A stretch of 64,000 bases of DNA from the human T2T-CHM13v2.0 reference genome, Homo sapiens (GCF_009914755.1 NC_060933.1), one strand, 5' to 3'. Counted from the first letter of the stretch, positions 35,573 to 52,008 are shown. Made by a program: numbers and translations. The notes: generated from the sequence alone by a model not told the origin.

Positions 35573-38500
35573 TTGCATATGGTATATAAAGAACCAGTTC
35601 CAGTAGGGAGATTTCTTTAAGTGGACTGTTTTCTTTCTTCTCAAAATTTTCTTTCCTTTTATTTTTTAGTAATCAAGAAAGGCTGGAAAACTACTGAAAA
35701 ACTGATCAAGCTTGACTTGTGCATTTATGTTTGTTTTAAGACACTGCATTAAAGAAAGATTTGAAAAGTATACACAAAAATCAGATTTAGTAACTAAAGG
35801 TTGTACAAAATTGTAAAACTGGTTGTACAATCATGATGTTAGTAATAGTAATTTTTTTCTTAAATTAATTTACCCTTAAGAGTATGTTAGATTTGATTAT
35901 CTGATAATGATTATTTAAATATTCCTATCTGCTTATAAAATGGCTGCTATAATAATAATAATGCAGATGATGTTATATAAGGTATATCAGACCTACAGGC
36001 TGCTGGCAGGATTTGTCAGATAATCAAGCCACACTAACTATAGAAAATGAGCAGCATTTTAAATGCTTTCTAGTGAAAAATTATAATCTACTTAAACTCT
36101 AATCAGAAAAAAAGAATATTCTCAAAAAAATCTATTACGAAAGTCAATAAAATAGATAATTTAACAAAAGTACAGGATTAGAACATGCTTATACCTATTA
36201 ACAAGAACAAAATTTCTAATGCTGCTCAAGTGGAAAGGGTATTGCTAAAAGGATGTTTCCAAAAATCTTGTATATAAGATAGCAACAGTGATTGATGATA
36301 ATACTGTACTTCATCTTACTTGCCACAAAATAACATTTTATAATTTCTCAAAGTAAAATTGAGAAATCTTTAAGTTTTTTTCAAGTAACATAATCTATCT
36401 TTGTATAATTCGTATTTGGGAATATGGCTTTTAATAATGTTCTTCCCACAAATAATCATGCTTTTTTCCTATGGTTACAGCATTAAACTATATTTTAAGT
36501 TGTTTTTGAACTTTATTATTTTGTTATTTAAGTTTATTTTATTTATTAAAAAAACCTTAATAAGCTGTATCTGTTTCATATGCTTTTAATTTTAAAGGAA
36601 TAACAAAACTGTCTGGCTCAACTGCAAGTTTCCCTCCCCTCTGTGACCGAGACTAAGTCTAGCACACAGCACTTGGGCCAGCAAATCCTGGAAGGCAGAC
36701 AAAAATGAGAACCTGAAGCAATGCTTACAGTAGATGTCTCACACAGAACAATACAAACATGTAAAAAATCTTTCACCACATATTCTTGCCAATTAATTGG
36801 ATCATATAAGTAAAATCATTACAAATATAAGTATTTACAGGATTTAAAAGTTAGAATATATTTGAATGCATAGGTAGAAAAGTATCATATTTTAAAACTA
36901 TGTATATTTAAATTTAGTAATTTTCTAATCTCTAGAAATCTCTGCTGTTCAAAAGGTGGCAGCACTGAAAGTTGTTTTCCTGTTAGATGGCAAGAGCACA
37001 ATGCCCAAAACAGAAGATACAGTTAGGAATAAGGGGCCTTGAATGTCATGAAGGCTTGAGGTCAGCTTACAGATAACAGGATTATTAAAAAGATGAATTT
37101 CCACTTCCAAAGTCTTTCATTGGCAGATCTTGGTAGCACTTTATATGTTCACCAATGGGAGGTCAACATTTATCTAATTTAAAAGCTATGCTAACCATTG
37201 TGGTTTTAATTTCAAAATATTTGTCATTCAAGTCCCTTTACATAAATAGTATTTGGTAATACATTTATAGATGAGGCTTATATGAAAAGGCTAGGTCAAC
37301 AAACCAATAGATTCATTTAATTTTCCTGTGGTTGACCTATACGACCAGGATGTAGAAAACTAGAAAGAACTGCCCTTCCTCAGATATACTCTTGGGAGAG
37401 AGCATGAATGGTATTCTGAACTATCACCTGATTCAAGGACTTTGTTAGCTAGGTTTTGAGGTCAGGCTTCAGTAACTGTAGTCTTGTGAGCATATTGAGG
37501 GCAGAGGAGGACTTAGTTTTTCATATGTGTTTCCTTAGTGCCTAGCAGACTATCTGTTCATAATCAGTTTTCAGTGTGAATTCACTGAATGTTTATAGAC
37601 AAAAGAAAATACATAATAAAACTAATCTTCATTTTAAAAGGGTAAAACATGACTACACAGAAATTTAAATAGAAATAGTGTATATACATATAAAATACAA
37701 GCTATGTTAGGACCAAATCTCTTTGTCTATGGAGTTATACTTCCATCAAATTACATAGCAATGCTGAATTAGGCAAAACCAATATTTAGTGGTAAATCCA
37801 TTCCTGGTAGTATAAGTCACCTAAAAAAGACTTCCAGAAATATGTACTTTAATTATTAGTTTTTCTCCTATTTTAAAATTTATTATGCAAATTTTAGAAA
37901 ATAAAATTTGCTCCAGTTACACCCACTTAGAATTCCAGAATCTTAAAACTGTAAGGGGCCTCCATCCCTCTTACTCATTTGTAGTCTAGGAAATCGAGAT
38001 TTTGATACACCTAAGGTCAAGCAGCTGAGTAGATATACAACTGTCACAAGAGTCTAGATCAGTTGGCACATGCTTTCTATACTAGATTATTAGTATTATT
38101 AGCTAATGGTCTTCTGCATTTTTTTGTTTTTTTATTTCTATTGAGATATAGCCTTTACATTTGTACACAAATGTGACTATGTCTTGGCAATGCACTTCAT
38201 ACACAATGACTAATCTATACTGTGATGATTTGACTCAAAAGGAGAAAAGAAATTATGTAGTTTTCAATTCTGATTCCTATTCACCTTTTGTTTATGAATG
38301 GAAAGCTTTGTGCAAAATATACATATAAGCAGAGTAAGCCTTTTAAAAATGTTCTTTGAAAGATAAAATTAAATACATGAGTTTCTAACAATTAGAAAGG
38401 AAAAAATTAAAATATGAAATGATAACAAAAGTAAACAAAAGATACTTTCAAAGCAGTGAACAAAACATTTTGACATAAGCCATAATATAAATTATAATAT

Positions 38501-39789
38501 AAAAATATAAAAACCATAGTATAAATTGTCAATCTTTGAGTTGGCTATGAATTCAATTTAATGACAGAAGAGAAGGGATGCTGGAGGTAAATTCTTAGAG
38601 TTTCTATCTCATAGAGTTTGCTCTTCTGATTCTCTAGACTGCCAAAGAACATAAAGATGTACAAGGGGACCTAGCTGTAGTAAAAGCATTGCTATAACAA
38701 CAAAAACTCTAAAACAGTGCCCCTCACGATTTTCTACTGAAATTTCTCTAACAGTAGAGGTATAAAACAAGAAGTTAGAGAATAATGCAGAAGGGGCCCA
38801 CCACAGAAATCACATTTCTTTTCTGTTAAGACTCATGTGATTTTTGCATCTTACTCCATAATGTATTAGTGGTTGCGTTAATATGACAATGTCTGCAATT
38901 AAACACCAGTAAGCAAAATTGATACATCAGAATGACTTGCAGGGCTTATCATGCAGTTTCATTTACATCCCTATCCCACTGCCATTTACTTGAGCGTGAA
39001 TGACACACGAGAGATTCTTTGCCTTCCATGATCCAACTTTACACATAAATAACACAAGGCTAAAGAAAACCAGAACTCAAATTCACCATGCATAGGAGTG
39101 ATAACAAAAATATTTAACAGTCAGTATGGGTGATTACTGGCCAATCAGAATACGTCACTGATATATCAAAATGGATGCAGGCCACTGTGACTAACTTGTG
39201 GGTATCATTTCTATGATCACCCTAAAACAGAGTTGGGAAAATATCAATTAACTGGTCTCTCTGGTTTGAATTCTCAATATGTATCTTAATATGAAATAGC
39301 TCATTAAAACTTCATGTGTAACTATTTCAGCATTGTTGTCAGCTACTCTTTATTCCATTTCTGTACAGTATTTATTCAACCAAGCTGCTGCTTTCAATGA
39401 AGGTCACTTGTTCCTTCAGGGACACATGTACTCCCACCTATCCTTTAATTTTGAATGGTTTGTCAAGAAAATTTACTTTCTCTTGAGTTGAAAAGACTTG
39501 ACAGGAAGCAAGAAATAATACAGTCCTAGCCTCTTTCCAGTAACATCTGATTTCTCCATTCTCAAACTACACTTCTCAGGGAACCAGATATTTACTCTCG
39601 TCTGGGAAGATGCCTCTTATGTTTTCCTTTTACTTCCTGGTTATCATGTGGTTGCATTTTCCAAGTTCTTATCATTGAATTTATGAGAGCCTATCCAAAT
39701 TTATTTTCTTTTATTTTCTAATAATTGAAATGTGAGATGAAAATAACATTTCACTTATGAAAAACGCTTCTCTTGATGAATCCTTCCAT

Positions 39790-40310
39790 GTGTTAGTTAT
39801 CTATTGCTCTGTAACAAAGGTGTTAGTTATCTATTGCTGTGTAACAAATTAAAACTTAATGGCTTGAAACAAATATTTGTTTTCTCATAGTTTATGTGGC
39901 TCAGGAGCCTGGACGTGGTTCAGCACAGTGTTTTTGGTCAGAATTCCTCATGAGGCTGCAATCAAGGTGTAGACCAGGGCTGTAGTCATCTATCTCAATA
40001 TTCAACTCAGAAAGGGATCCACCTTAGATCCTCACTGGCTCTTATCAGGACCTATCACTTCCTTACCACATGGACCTCTCCATAGCATTGCTTACAACAT
40101 TACAGTCTGTTTCCCACGGAGCAAGAAATCAGAGAGTGTGAGATAAAGTACCCAAAATGGAAGCCACAGGTTTGTTTGTTTGTTTTAATATATATAACCT
40201 AGTTTCAAAAGTGATGTTACCTCTGCCTACACTCATGAGGAGGGTATTATACAAGGGCATACATACCAGAAAGCAGGGATCACTGGAAGTCATTTTACAG
40301 GCTGCCTAAT
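39790..40310 (-). mobile_element. MLT1 LTR whose terminal 30 bp are tandemly duplicated
   Basis: gtgttagttatctattgct(c/g)tgtaacaaa twice (39790-39849), then MLT1 sequence to ...cattttacaggctgcct. Confidence 0.8.
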
Positions 40311-40887
40311 CCAAGTCATGAACTAGATGTTTTTAATGTCACTGCCATAAACTGGGATTCTACAGGGTCTAATGAGAGTAATTAATTCATGGCTTTCAGT
40401 GGGGATCCATTCAGCAGAGAAAGAGATGAAATATGTATATTCTCTGTGGAAACACTCTTGATTCTTCCTTGAGGGATACTGCGTGGTCCATTCCTACACA
40501 GGATAATTAAGAAAAGGTTTGAACCAATCTGGACTTCCTATTAGCCTGAGATGTGGCTACTTAGAACTCCCAATGTAGCTGGAAAACTAACAATATCCCT
40601 TTGCCTCCACATGAAGCAAATTACCCTGCCATCAGACTCAACATGAAGATAATCCTCCCTTCAGCTGCTCTACCTCAAGAGAAAAAGATCATAGATGCCA
40701 GCTGGAATTCCTCTGGGCCATAGAGTGTTTTATTCTAGATGCTGAAGGCAATCAGCCACCATTTACCCAAGACCATCTGAGAATAAGACCTAAAAAGACT
40801 TGAAAACAATTGATTTCAATGGTAGGTACACACTGGTATCCCCTGTTCTGTATATATCTACAGATACTTAGATATATACAAAACAGG

Positions 40888-40934
<47 letters not shown>

Positions 40935-40962
40935 AACAGAGAGAGAGAGAGAGAGAGAGAGA
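40888..40962. repeat. Compound (TA)n(GA)n microsatellite
   Basis: Direct read. Confidence 0.95.
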
Positions 40963-41308
40963 CCTAGGCCCCAACTCAAGCCAATTACATCAGTGTATAT
41001 GACAGGTGGCCCATGCAGTCGTATTTTAAAAATTCCCCAGAATATTCTAATGTGCCTCTGCAGTTGAGAACTAATTAGGTAAATGCAAACAACAACAAAG
41101 ACCAAAAAATGTCTTCAGAAACTATGCCTGCTTCTTCATCTTTGTCTCTTCTTTAAACACCTTGAAAGGCCTTATTCCCTCCCAGCCCCTCCTGCCCCTA
41201 GGTTTTCCTAGATGCCTCTGTATTTTCTGCTATGCACAACTGGAGCTCACAGGAAATGTAGGCACTAGAAGGAGAGTTACAATTGTTTTTGCATCAGAAT
41301 GATTATGG

Positions 41309-44463
<3,155 letters not shown>

Positions 44464-44727
44464 CCCCTGACCCTGACCCTGATCCCTGACCCTGACCCCT
44501 AACCCTGACCCCAACCCCTGATCCTAACCCTAACCTGTAACCCTAACCCCTAACCACAACCCTCACCCTAACCCAACCCTAACCCCTAATCCCAAACCAC
44601 TAACCTCTCTTAACCCCTAACTCTAAACGTTGACTCCTAACCCCTAACTCTGACCCCAGCCCTTATTTCCAACCCCTAACCCTAAACTTAACCCCTAACC
44701 CCTAACCCTAACACCAACTTAACCCTA
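44464..44727 (-). repeat. Degenerate interstitial telomeric array, (TTAGGG)n/(TCAGGG)n on the minus strand
   Basis: ccctga repeats grade into ccctaa repeats over ~260 bp. Confidence 0.97.
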
Positions 44728-45281
44728 GGTTCGTTACTACGTTTGTATTGACTATGTCAATGTTGATTATTATGATCGCTGTCTTAGGACTGCAGGGCAG
44801 CGAGGGGATTGCGGATCTTATATTAATATTTTTGTATTGAGGCAGTGCATTAGCATTACAGGTGCTTGTTACATGAGCAATGGGGGTGTCATACTTTGGG
44901 TGTCATGTCTGCATTAGGAATGCCGCATTTGTCTTCCGAGGCTGCGGTGTGAATCTTGCACTGTGGCCGCCTCGCCTTGGCTGGGGAGAACCTCGGTGGG
45001 CAGGATTCAGAGGGGCTTTTGGTTTCCCGTTTTCCACACTGAACCCTTCTAACTGGTCTCTGACCCTGATTATTCAGGGCTGCAAACAGGAAGGATTTTA
45101 TTCACCGTGGATGCAGTCCGGAGTTGTCCCAAAGCGAGGCAGTGCCCCCAAGGTCTGTGCTGAGGAGAACACGGCTCTGCCTTCGCAGTGTCCCCCGGGT
45201 CTGTGCTGAGCAGAACGCCGCTCCGCCCTCGTGGAGACCCTGGCCCGCCCGGGTCTGTGCTGAGGAGAACACTGCTCCGCC
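44728..45281. repeat. TAR1 telomere-associated repeat with three 37-bp-class subtelomeric units
   Basis: ctctgaccctgattattcagggctgcaaacaggaaggattttattcaccg, plus ggtctgtgctgag(g/c)agaac...ctc(t/c)gcc three times (45152-45281), directly abutting the telomeric array. Confidence 0.9.
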
Positions 45282-45362
45282 ACTGACCTCCAGCCTGGGC
45301 GACAGAACGAGACTCCATCTCAAAAAAAAAAAAAAAACGATAACAACAAAAAATAAAAAAAA
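45278..45362 (+). mobile_element. Alu 3' terminus fused to TAR1
   Basis: cgccactgacctccagcctgggcgacagaacgagactccatctc followed by an A-tail. Confidence 0.9.
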
Positions 45363-45427
45363 ACCCCATAATAGTAGTGATAAGGCCGGGTATACAGATA
45401 AGGTACACAGATAAGAAAGGAAGTGAT

Positions 45428-45590
45428 AGCGGGGCGCAGTGGCTCACGCCTGTAATCCCAGCACTTTGGGAGGCCGAAGCGGGCAGATCACGAGGTCAGG
45501 AGTTTGAGACCAGCCTGGCCAACACGGTGAAACCCCGTCTCTACTAAAAATACAAACATTAGCTGGGCGTGGTGGCGGGCGCCTGTAATC
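45428..45590 (+). mobile_element. Alu, 3'-truncated (left arm plus start of right arm)
   Basis: Stops at ...gggcgcctgtaatc with no tail. Confidence 0.92.
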
Positions 45591-46080
45591 TTCTCAGACA
45601 CCCGACCACCGGCTCCTGAGCCGCGGCAACTCCCTGTCACCTTTTCACTGCCCCCAACCCAGCCCCAAATCCCCAATCCAGCCCCAAATCCCCGATCCAT
45701 CTCCAAATCCCCGATCCAACCCCCAATCCGCGATCCAATCCCCAATCCGTGATCCCAAATCTGCGATCTAGCCCAGAATCCGCAATCCAGCCGGGTCCAC
45801 CACAGCCTTCAGCAGCGACACTCGCAGCCTCTGACCTCTCAGACCCAGTGAGCCTCGCAAGGCCATTAGCAGCGCGCCTGCACCGCGGGGGCCGCCCGGC
45901 TCCCAGAAGCCGCTCCCAGCCGGTGCGCCGGCAAGCAGGGCTCCAGCCCAGGGCAGGCGCCGCTGGGCTCGCGGGTTCTCCTGAGCTGGTCCGGGCTGCC
46001 CCAGGACCACAGGGGCAGGATTGCAGGCGTGCAGCCTGCCCGGCCTCAGGAGGAGGGCCTGTCTGGCCGTGCGGCCCCAC
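45591..46080 (-). promoter_or_regulatory. CpG-rich promoter/5' UTR fragment of ANKRD20A/ANKRD18-family type, lacking the coding part
   Basis: GC/CpG-rich. Minus strand reads ...gaggtcagaggctgcgagtgtcgctgctgaaggctgtggtggacc...(ggggatt-type repeats)...ctcaggagccggtggtcgggtgtctgagaa, which I recall as the ANKRD18/20A 5' UTR just before the ATG (not verified by alignment). Confidence 0.65.
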
Positions 46081-46193
46081 TTAATCTTAATAGCAAATAA
46101 AACTCAACAGTATGCTGTGGTATATTCTACAGTGATTCTACACAATTGTAGATTGCATTAGAATAATGTTTTTCTAAATTATTTTCTTGGTAA

Positions 46194-46538
<345 letters not shown>

Positions 46539-46689
46539 AAAATTTTATTTTTTAATAATGCCAAGTGATTTCATTTTAAATTAAACTGCACCATAAATTG
46601 GATTATTTTCCTGCATGAGTACCTTGCTCTTCAAACAAAAACATTTTTTAAAGACCAAATATATTGCATACTTTTTTTAAAAAAAGCTC

Positions 46690-46977
46690 TGCCTGTGTGC
46701 ATTGGCTTACGCCTGTAATCCCAACACTTTGTGGAGGCTGAGGGAGGAGGACTGTTTGAACCCAGGAGTTTGAGACTGGCCTGGGCAACACAGTGAGACA
46801 CTGGCTCTACAATAATCTTTCTTTAAAAGTTAGCCAGGTATGGTGGTGCACAGCCATGGTCCCAGACACTTGGGAGGTTGAGGTGGGAGGATAGCTTGAT
46901 CTTGGGAAGCTGAGGCTGCAGTGAGCTATGATTGCACTCCAGCCTGGGTGACAGAGCAAGAACCTGTCTCAAAAAAA
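46690..46977 (+). mobile_element. AluJ-like
   Basis: Diverged dimer with gaggactgtttgaacccaggagtttgagac. Confidence 0.88.
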
Positions 46978-48311
46978 TGTTCTTACTGTATAAGAAATTA
47001 TGAATGACATTTATTTTATGTTAAAACAGTATATTTTATCTACAAAAGGAGTAAAAGACAGTAATAGAAAAATTGGCACATAAAGGAAGACAAATGCTAA
47101 AAAAATTCAAATTTACCAATAATCCTATCACGTAAATTGATAATTTTTAATATAATTAAATGTAGGATTTTAAAATAAATTTCTTTTAATTTATTTATTT
47201 AAACATATAGATTATTTTTAGACCCTCTTCAGGCATCCCCTGTTGAATAAATTCCATGATTTACAGGCCTACTCTCTCTATTGTTAAATATTGTATTGCT
47301 TTCAATGAACAATATTTTTTATAAACATTTCACAGAAACAAATCTGGGCACATTGAGACATGTTTTCTTTTCAAAAAGTCCTAGCACTTTAATTACTGTG
47401 TAAAGAGATATTAGTATATAATTTTCACACTTATTGACTAACATCCCTGCAAAATGTTGAATCAATTTATACTTTCAGCACCAATCGGCAAATTAATGTC
47501 CATTATGCTTTTGCTTCACCAAAACTGATACTTATATTTTATTTTGCTAGACAAAAATACATATTATCTTAATTTGCATAACTGTAATTAATAGAAAGGT
47601 TAAATTTTTTTCAGATGTATCATAGGGCATCACTTTTTCTTGAGTCTGGTGGGTGCTTAGTTCCTTTAAAGCATTAATCATGTATACATTAATTTTATGT
47701 GCAAAACAATCATTAAGTACAATTTGAAATATGGAAAAATAAATAGCTGGATTAAGAAAAAAACAAATAGAGCTTCTGGAATTAAAACATTCACTAATGG
47801 AATTTCAAAACACAGTTGGAATCTTTAACAATAAACTAGACTAAGCAGAAGAAATAATTTTAGATTTTGAAAACTGGTCTTTCAAAGTAACCCAGTCAGA
47901 CAAAAATAAAAGAAAAAAGAACTGAAAAACAAAGCCCTTAAGAAATATGAGATTATGTAAAGTGACCAAACTTATAACTTATTGGCATTACTACAACAGA
48001 AGAATAAAAAGCAACCAACTAGGAAAGTATATTTAAGGGAATAATTTAGGAAAATTTCGCTAGTCTTGCTAGAAAGGTTGATATTCAGATATAAGAAATT
48101 CAGAGAACACCTGTGGCATAGTAAACAAGATGCCCATTCCTAAGGCATCCACAGTCATTAGAATAGCCGTGGTCAATGCAAAAGAAAATATATTAAAGGC
48201 AGCTCAAAGAAAGGGCCAAATTACCTATGAAGTAAATTAGATTAACAACAGACTTATCAGCAGAAACCCTGCAACCTAGAAAAGATTGGGGCCTAGCGTT
48301 AGCCTTCTTAA

Positions 48312-48628
<317 letters not shown>

Positions 48629-50205
48629 CACGCAAGAATTTCATAACCTGCCAGACTGAGCTTCATAAAGAAAGGAAAATAAGGTATTTCCAGACGAGAA
48701 AATGTTAAGGGAAGTCATTACCTCCAGACTGACTCTAAAAGAAATGTTTAAAGGAGTTTCACTAGTGAAAATAAAAGAATGATACTTGCTACCATAAAAG
48801 CATACATGAATACAAAATGTACGGAACCTATAAAGCAATTAAACAATTGAGACTACAAGGTAACTAGCTAATGCTATAAAAGGAAGAAAACCTAACACAT
48901 CAATATTAAGCTTGAGTGCAAATGGCTGAAATGCTCCACTTAAAAGACACAGAGTGGCAAACTGAATAAAAAAACAAGACACTTCTGCTGCCTTTGAGAG
49001 ACCCATCTCATGTGTAATGATACCAACAGGCTCAAAGTAAATGGATGGAAAAAGATTCATCACATAAATGAAAAACAAAAACAGAGAGGTATTGCTATTC
49101 TTGTATCAGATAAAACAGACATTAAACTAACAACAGTACAAAAAAAATACAAAGAATGGCATTATATAATGATAAAGTGTTCAATTCAACAAGAAGACTT
49201 AACTGTCTCAAATATATATGCAGCCTACATTGAAGCAACCGGATTTTTAGAATAAATATTACTAGACCTAAGAAAAGAGATACACAGCTGTACAATAATC
49301 ATGGAGGACTTCAACACCCCACCGACAGTAGTAAGCAGATTATTAGTTAGGCAGATTATTAGGCAGAAAACTAACAATGAAACTGTGGACTCAAATTGGG
49401 CTCTTGACCAAACAGACCTAATAGATATCTACAGAATACTCTACCCAGAAACCACAGAATGTACATTTTTCTCATTTGCACATGGAACATTCCCTAAAAT
49501 TGACCACATGCTCAGTCATAAAATAAGCCTCAATAAATTTTTAAAAGTCATAACTATATTAAGTATCTTCTCAGACCACTGTGGAATAAAATTAGAAGTC
49601 AATATCAAGAACTCTCAGAACCACAGAGGTACATGGAAACTAAACAATCTGCTCCTTAATGACTTTTGTGTAAATAACAGAATTAAGGCAGAAATTTAAA
49701 GAAATTCCTGAAACAAATGAAAATAGAAACGTAACATACCAAAACGTCTGGGATACAGAAAAAACAATGTTAAGAGGAGAGTTTATAACACTAAATGCCT
49801 ACATAAAAAGAGAGAAAGATCTCAAATTAACAAGCTAAAATAGCCAAACACACTAAAAAAGAACAAACCAAACCCAAAGCTAGTAGAAGGAAATAACAAA
49901 AGTTAGAGAATAAGTTAATGAAATCGGGACCAAAAAAACCATACAAGGAATCAGCAAAATTAAAAAGTTGGTTCTTTGCAAGTACACATAAAAATGATAG
50001 ATTGCTAGTTAGATTATGCAAGAAAAAAAGAAGATTCAAATAAGCACAGTCAAAAATGACAAATGAGACATTGCAAAGGATACCACCGACATAAAAAAAG
50101 ATCCTCAGAATATCTTTGTGAGCATAAACTAGAAAACCTAGAGAAAACGGATAAATTCCTGCAAACACACCACCTTCCAAGACTGAATCAGAAAGAAACC
50201 AAAAG

Positions 50206-51200
50206 TCCACTAGGGCAGTGCCAATAGGAAATGTGGGATTGAAGCCTCCACACAGAGTCCCCACTGGGGCACTACCTACTGGAGCTGTGGGAATGGGGCC
50301 GCCACCTCGAGATCCCTGAATGGTAGAGCCACGGGAAGCTTTCATCCTGAGCCTAGAAATACCACAGGCACTCAACTCTGATCCAAGACAGCAGCCATGG
50401 TGACTGTGCACTGCAAAGCCACAGAGGCAGAGCTGCATAAGGTCTTGGGAATCCACCCCTTGCACAAGTGTGCCCTGGATGCAGGACATGAAATCAAGAA
50501 TTATTTTGGAGCTTGAAAGTTTAATGTCTGCCCTACTGGGTTTCAGATTTGCCTGAGGCCTGTTGCCCCTTTCTTTTGCCCAACTTCTCCATTTAGGAAT
50601 GGGAATATTTACCCAACACCTGTACTGCATTGAATATTGGAAGCAAATAACTTGGTTTTGATCTTATAGGCTCATAGATGGAGGAACATACCTTGAAGCT
50701 CAGATGAGACTTCGGACTTTTGAGTTGATGCTGAAACAGCTTGAGATTTTTAGGGACTACTGGGAGAGGATAATTGTGCAATATGAGAAGGACATGAGAT
50801 TTGGGGGCCATAGGGGTGAAATGACATTGTTTGGATGTGTTTACCCTCCAAATTTCTTGTTGACTGTGATCTTAAATGTTGGTGGTGGGCCTAGTTGAAG
50901 GTGTTGAATCATGGGGGTGGACCCTTCATAAATTGCTTAGCTCCATCCCCTTGGCGATAAGCGAGTCCTTGCTCTGTTGTGTCACACGAGAGCTGGTTGT
51001 TTAAAACAGCCTGCCATGTTCCCCTTCTTGCTCTTGATTTCTCTCTTGACACGTGATACACTGGCCCTCCCTTTGCCTTCCTCTGTGATTGGATGCTTTC
51101 TGAGGTCTCATCCAAACCTGAGCAGGTGCTGGTCCCATGCTTCTACTGCCTGCACAACTATAAACCAAATAAATATTTTTTCTCTATAAATTTAAAAAAA
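50206..51200 (+). mobile_element. MST (ERVL-MaLR) internal 3' part plus LTR truncated after the poly(A) signal
   Basis: MaLR-int sequence (cacacagagtccccactggggcact) to ~50820. LTR from tgacattgtttggatgtg (50822) to AATAAA (51168-51173), then ...ctataaattt and A7. Confidence 0.85.
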
Positions 51201-51685
51201 TCTGAACAGACCAGTAGTTAATTATGAAATTGAATTTGTAATAAAAATATTTATCAAGCAGGAGAAGCCCAGAACTAGATGAATTCACAGCTGAATTTTA
51301 CCATACAAAAAAACAGATGGTATCAATCTTACTGCAACCATTCTAAAACATTGAGGAGAAGGAATTCCTCTCTAACTCATTCTACAAAACCAATATCATC
51401 CTGACACTAAAATCTAGCAAGGAAACAACAACAACAAACTACAGGCCAATAGCTGATGAACATAGATGCAAATATCCTCAACAAAATGCTAGCAAACCAA
51501 ATCCATCAGCATATCAAAAATGTAACTCATCGTGATTACATAGGTTTTATTCCTGGGATGCAAGGACTATTTAACATATGCAAATCAATAAATGTGATTT
51601 ACCACATAAACGGAATTTAAAACAAAAATCATATGATTATCTCAATAGATGCAGAAAAAAACATTCAACAAAATTCAACATCCTT

Positions 51686-52008
51686 GCCAGATGTGGTGGC
51701 TCACACCTGTAATCCCAGCACTTTGGAAGGCAGAGGTGGGCCAATCAACAGAGGTTGGGACCAGCCTGACCAACATGGAGAAACCCCATTTAGAACTAAA
51801 AATGCAAAATTAGCTGGGCGTTGTGGCGCATGCCTGTAATCCCAGCTACTCAGGAGGCTGAGGCAAAAGAATGGCTTGAAACCGGGAGGTGGAGGTGGCA
51901 GTGAGCCAAGATCACACCACTGCACTCCAGCCTGGGCAACAGAGCGAGACTCCATCTCAAAAAACAAAACCAAACCAAACCAAAGCAAAACAAAACAAAA
52001 CAAAAAAA
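51686..52008 (+). mobile_element. Alu with (CAAAA)n tail
   Basis: Sense dimer with an altered left arm. Confidence 0.92.

Larger units (their letters stand above)
34187..39765 (+). pseudogene. FGF7P: Partial unprocessed FGF7 (keratinocyte growth factor) duplicate: last two coding exons, their intron and the 3' UTR (FGF7P/KGFLP family)
   Basis: Two exons encode the FGF7 C-terminal half with the intron retained. No signal-peptide exon (MHKWILTW...) was seen in the upstream 34 kb, and there are amino-acid differences from FGF7. The 3' end is approximate and the specific paralogue cannot be fixed without alignment. Confidence 0.9.

Noticed and set aside
44464-44727. Head-to-head telomere fusion like 2q13
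   Set aside because: Only one repeat orientation (CCCTAA on +) is present; there is no inverted TTAGGG block.
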